Shown in pieces: positions 58,602 to 64,000 of a stretch of 64,000 bases of DNA (within the stretch, counting starts at the first letter, position 1; each line of letters opens with the position of its first letter). A program made the translations under genes and the position numbers. The notes below the pieces were generated by a model that saw nothing but the letters and a program-made list of their open reading frames with translations, was not told the DNA's origin and did not search any database. Origin of the DNA: the human T2T-CHM13v2.0 reference genome, Homo sapiens; NCBI RefSeq assembly GCF_009914755.1, contig NC_060928.1; one strand, given 5' to 3'.

Positions 58602-58774
58602 TTATAAGCAAGAGATACAGTAATATGATGTGTCATGTTCTGACTGAGAGAAATCCAACTCAAATTGTCTTAAGAAAAAATCTCATAACGCAAAAGAGTA
58701 GTGGTAATTCTTTAGACACTAAGTGATATCAGATGGTTAAACAGTGTTACCGAGATCTTTCTCCCGGAATATTT

Positions 58775-59411
58775 AAAACCTCTGCACGGTGTTGGTAGGA
58801 ATGCAAAATGGTGCAGCCACTAAGGAAAACAATATGGAGGTTCCTCAAAAAATTTTAAAATAAAATTACCATATGATCCAGCAATCTTACTTCTGGGTAT
58901 TTATCCAAAATAATTGAAATCAGGATGTTCACGGGATATTAGCACTTCTAATGTTCATGGCAGCAGTATTCGCAACAGCCGAGATGTGGAAACAACCTAA
59001 ATATCCATCCAGAGGAATAAAGAAAATATGTTAGATACAAATCATGGAATATATTTAGCCTTAAAAAAGAAGGAAATTTCGTGATATGAGACATGACAGT
59101 TGAAACTTGAGGACATATGCTAAATGAAATAAGCCCGTCACAGAAAGACAATTACTGCAAGATTCTAGTTATAGTGTGTATCTGAAATAGTCAAATCTAT
59201 AGAAACAGAGTAGAATAGTAGTACCAGGGGCTGTGGGGAGGGGGAAACAGAAAGTTACTGTACTAATCAAAGGCCATAAAGTTGCAGTCAAGCAAGAGGA
59301 AGAAGCTCTAGATGTCTGGTGTACAACATTGTATCTATCGTCAACAATAATATATTGTACACTTAAAATTTTGTTAAGATGGCAAATATCATGTTAAGTG
59401 TTTTTACCACA
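58775..59411 (+). mobile_element. L1MA10/L1MB-type 3' end fragment
   Basis: aatggtgcagccact...attaccatatgatccagcaatc...tgtacacttaaaattttgttaagatgg...tttttaccaca. Confidence 0.85.
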
Positions 59412-59639
59412 GATGAATAAAAGTCAGTCTTCTTCATCTTCCTTAAGCCCTGTGTGGTTTCATTCTGTTTGGTTTTATTTCCAAGCAGCCTTCTTAAATG
59501 AGATAAAGATAGCCAATTAGCAGCTCCTGGTTTAGAGACATAAAACATTATCCACACAAGCAGAAAAAAATGTCTTTCATTTTAGTTCCTTCAGAGATTT
59601 CAGGGTTGACTCTCTATGATTTTCTGACACATGCTCATC

Positions 59640-59815
59640 CCCCAAATGATCTCAACTTTCATTATGTATGGGTCAGAGTTACCCTAAGGACTTGTTAGAA
59701 GACGGATTATAGAGCCCCAGTACCAGAGCTAGAGCGGGTCCCAATAGTTTGCATTTCAAACAATTAGTCAGATGATGGTGATATTAGATCAGGAAGCACA
59801 CATTGACCACCACTT
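59640..59815. mobile_element. MER5A-like MITE remnant
   Basis: tcagagttaccctaaggacttgttagaa...tttgcatttcaaacaa...gatgatggtgat. Confidence 0.55.
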
Positions 59816-60060
59816 CCTCTTAGTGGCAGGATACTTATAGGCACCTGAAAGGAAGAATTCAGCATCATTTGCATTATACAAAGCAAATATGGATGAAATC
59901 ATCTTCCATAAAAAAATCAGAATGGTAATGTATTCTCAACAAAAAAAAAGAAAGAAAGGATAAAGAAGTAGTTATTACTCTTGGTAGGGCGCTCAGCAGA
60001 GAAGCAACCACCTCTACCCAACACTACGAAGGCCTTTCCTTCTGCTCTCCTGTTTCCCTC

Positions 60061-60662
60061 TGGGACTGTAAACTAGTTCAACCATCGTGGAAGTCAGTGT
60101 GGCAATTCCTCAGGGATCTAGAACTAGAAATACCATTTGACCCAGCAATCCCATTACTGGGTGTATACTGAAAGGATTATAAATCAAGCTGCTATAAAGA
60201 CACATGCACACGTACGTTTATTGCGGCACTATTCACAATAGCAAAGACTTGGAACCAACCCAAATGTCTAACAATGATAGACTGGATTAAGAAAATGTGG
60301 CACATATACGCCATGGAATACTATGCAGCCATAAAAAATGATGAAGCTGGAAACCATCATTCTCAGCAAACTGTCGCAAGGACAAAAAAACCAAACACCG
60401 CTTGTTCTCACTCTTAGGTGGGAATTGCAAAATGAGAACACATGGACACAGGAAGGGGAACATCACACACCGGGGCCTGTTTTGGGGTAGGGGGAGAGGG
60501 GAGGGATAGCATTAGGAGATATACCTAATGTTAAATGACGAGTTAATGGGTGCAAGCACACCAACGTGGCACATGTATACATATGTAACAAACCTGCATG
60601 TTGTGCACATGTACCCTAAAACTTAAAGTATAATTTAAAAAAAAAAGAAAAAGAAAAAGAAA
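60061..60662 (+). mobile_element. 5'-truncated L1PA4-like 3' fragment
   Basis: cctaatgttaaatgacgagttaatggg...accaac diagnostic 3'UTR; poly-A tail. Confidence 0.92.
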
Positions 60663-61611
60663 CAGTTTAGGGATGGCAGGGAAATGTGTTTAATATTATG
60701 CTCTGTATTTCATGTCAATAATAAGTGTAGGAGTCCTAACTAACTAGTTATAGAATTTATCCAGGAATATATCAAAAGAGTAAAATAATATAAACAAGAA
60801 GAGTTTATTTCAGGAATGCAACACATGTAAAAGTACATCATATGATGAACATCATTAACACTGAAAAAGTATTTTACAATGTAGTACATCAACTCCAGAA
60901 AACAACAATAAAAATACAAACAAATAGAAATCAATGTATAACTCCTTAATGATCGATACAAATACATACACACAAACACAGTCATATACTCTAATTTCCT
61001 GACACCATTTTCAAAGAAAGAATATTCATAAAAATAACACCCACTTAATAGAAACTGGTATAAAACAGTGTACACATATGAAAAGCATCTCTATCCATAT
61101 CTTTATAAACATATTACTATGGTAGACATACAATCTTGAATGAATTCCAAAATAAAAATCACATGTACCAATATTTACTTTTGACTCCTTCAGTTGTATT
61201 GTATGCGCATTGTAAAATCTATCTCATACAATAATTTAAGGTATTGTGTATTTTCATCTGTGTCATGTCTAAAATGTCATGACTGGCATGTATCTTTCTA
61301 ATGTTATCTAGTAATTAGAAATAATAGGATATCAATGTATGAAAACTGATGAGTCATGCTTTCAGGCTTTCATGTCTATTTTTTAATGCCTTTTTAGTTA
61401 CAAATTGACAACAATTTGTAATTAATAAATTATGTACCAGTAATCAAAGCCAATATCTCATTCGGAGCAGAAAAGAATTACTATGATTTTATCAATACCA
61501 GATGACCAAAGTAAATACTTATTGACTATGTGTCGACCATGTTTTTGTTTTGCTTTTAGGATAAAAATACAAAGTGTATTGATCAATTAACACACATGTA
61601 CATGCACATAA

Positions 61612-61689
61612 CTATCTGTCTCTTCTATCCGTCTATCTACCTTGTACCTATGCAGTGTGGGTAGATAGAGGGATGGAAGAGACAGATAG
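61612..61689. repeat. Inverted repeat, 30-bp arms, 18-nt loop
   Basis: ctatctgtctcttctatccgtctatctacc / ggtagatagagggatggaagagacagatag; 28/30 Watson-Crick. Confidence 0.92.
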
Positions 61690-62326
61690 ATACATAAATG
61701 CATATCTATACACAGTATGCATTAGCACACAGTCACAGGTATACTTGGCTTATAAAGAGCACAAGATATTATGCCATAGGTGGCATTATCATTACTCTAG
61801 TTAATGAAACATATGAAAAGATTATTGTATCTTCAATTGTATTCTAGGGAAAAGCTGCAGAAATTTACAGCCAAAACAAAGCTATGAAATTCGTCAATTG
61901 ATTGTCAAATATTCTGAGAACAATTTTTATTGCAAATTATTTCTTCAATTTCTAATTTTATTAAGTTGATGGTGCTCTCACTTTCAAAGGAGCTTTAAGA
62001 TACCCCTGACAAGTAGTTTTTAAAGGACATCTTAACTGCTGTTACTAATTCACCTAGTGCAATCCTTCATTTAAAAAAAGTCCTGCTGGTTTATCTTAAA
62101 AAATAAATCTTTCTAAAGTTTCCAAACTCTATATTTGCTTAGAGAACACAAAGGGGAAATAAAATAAAATATATATTATGTTATGATTATTTTTCTTCAA
62201 AGAAAAGCTGGGTTAAAATTCTGCATCATTTTTATGGTTGTCCAAAAGCTTCTAATTTTGTAATTCTATAATATTTACTATCCCTGCCATTAATTTGGCT
62301 ATGACAGAAATTATAGTTTCATAGTA

Positions 62327-62362
62327 TGTGTGTGTGTGTGTGTGTGGTGTGTGTGTTTGTGT
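62327..62362. repeat. Interrupted (TG)n microsatellite
   Basis: tgtgtgtgtgtgtgtgtgtggtgtgtgtgt. Confidence 0.9.
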
Positions 62363-63646
62363 CTTATGTGAAAAGCAATTTTGTGTGGCATATTTATTCA
62401 CACTGGTTTTTCTTTTGTTTCCTTTCATGGGGCTGGGCCAATAAGCTTCTTAATGATGACTTTAAGAAATTCCCATTTCTAAATAAAAGGTAGTTAGGCT
62501 AATACGCTGCCTTTCCCTTACTGATAACATACCTAATACTAAGAAAATCCATTTTAAATTCAATTACAGCTAACTTTGTGACAAACATATGGTATATTTT
62601 TATAAAAATAATTCATCATTTATAACAACCTCCAGAAAGTGAATCATTGCTGCTATAACTTGATAACAATGTATTTCACCTTTTAAAAATGCATTCTGCA
62701 CAATCTGGTACTAATAAGAACATTATCACTAAATGTACTGGATAAGGGATTCATGAAATAGTGACACATATTTTTATTTATTGTGTGTATTTTTTTTTTA
62801 CATTGCTCCTTTTAAACTGATGCATTAGCTGAGTTATATGTTCAATTATTCATTCTGAGTTTTTCTCTGAATTCTCTTTTTTGGAATATTGCGGAATAAT
62901 TTGAGGTAGTTTAAGGGACTCACTACACCTCCTTCTGCATATTCTTAGACTGGGACCATGGAAACAAACTCAATAGAATTGTTTATTTAATATTGTTTTT
63001 ATAACTTTAGTATTTATTTTCCTGATTTGAAATTTATTTTTATTAACTGCTGATTACATTATACCTTACTATTTAATATAGACCTCCTTTTAAATGCTAA
63101 TAAATAACATATTATGCTTTGTTTTATATTTATCAAGACGAATGATGAAACCACATTCAATGTTTTATTATTGTTTATTGTCTCAAGATACATAATTGTA
63201 TTTACTTACTCCAAAACCCCAAATTACTTCATTGCTAAAATTACATAAATTGTTGTGTAAAAATATCTAAGACCAAAAAGCATAAAAAGCCAGGAGAAAT
63301 TACCACAAATATAAATAATATTTATATAGAGAGAGGATAGGAAGGAAGTAGAGAGACTGTAGGTCAACTACTAAATAAATATGGAGAAACACCAAGTTCA
63401 AAATATTGATAGAAACAGTCTTTAAAGCAGTTTTGTTCTCTTTGTTTTGTTTCAATTTATGGAGAGTTCTTCATAATAATTCTTTTTCTTGACTACTCGT
63501 TAGAGACAGGGTTGACTTGCAGTTTTAAAGAATGTACTGTGGCACTGGGTCAGTGAAATGTGCCTGTTATGGTGTTGCTGACTATAGACGAGGCTGAGTT
63601 TCACTTCAATACCATAACCACTGAGCTGGGTTTCTGTTGACCCTGA

Positions 63647-63943
<297 letters not shown>

Positions 63944-64000
63944 GACCCTGACATTTTTTAAAAAGGCTTACTGGAATTATATCTCAGTAGCCATTTGCAA

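Noticed and set aside
60740-61075. 111-aa hydrophobic ORF
   Set aside because: Chance ORF on the T-rich strand of A-rich, probably old L1-derived sequence

Overview
This is AT-rich, CpG-depleted primate (human-like) genomic DNA, intergenic or intronic, with no recognisable host protein-coding exon. It is dominated by interspersed repeats. There is one full-length but inactivated L1PA2-like LINE-1 (43379-49442, + strand) and about 16 Alu copies (J, S and Y types, one nested inside another). MaLR, ERVL and ERV1 solo LTRs are present (THE1, MST, MLT1, MLT2A, MER50-like, MER21-like, LTR33-like), along with DNA-transposon MITEs (MER44A, MER53, Tigger4, MER81, MER5A) and old L1, L2 and MIR debris. 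Almost all ORFs in the track are Alu/L1-derived or chance ORFs. The most unusual unexplained structures are: (1) an 87-bp unique segment (56741-56827) recopied about 1.75 kb downstream with a TSD-like direct repeat, an A-rich tail and an ATTAAA signal, where the copy also shows C/D-box-like termini; (2) a 78-nt near-perfect hairpin at 61612-61689; (3) an inverted AluY fragment inserted inside an AluS; and (4) a 103-bp locally templated MSTA copy fused to a truncated MLT2A1. Subfamily names come from remembered consensus sequences, not from a search.
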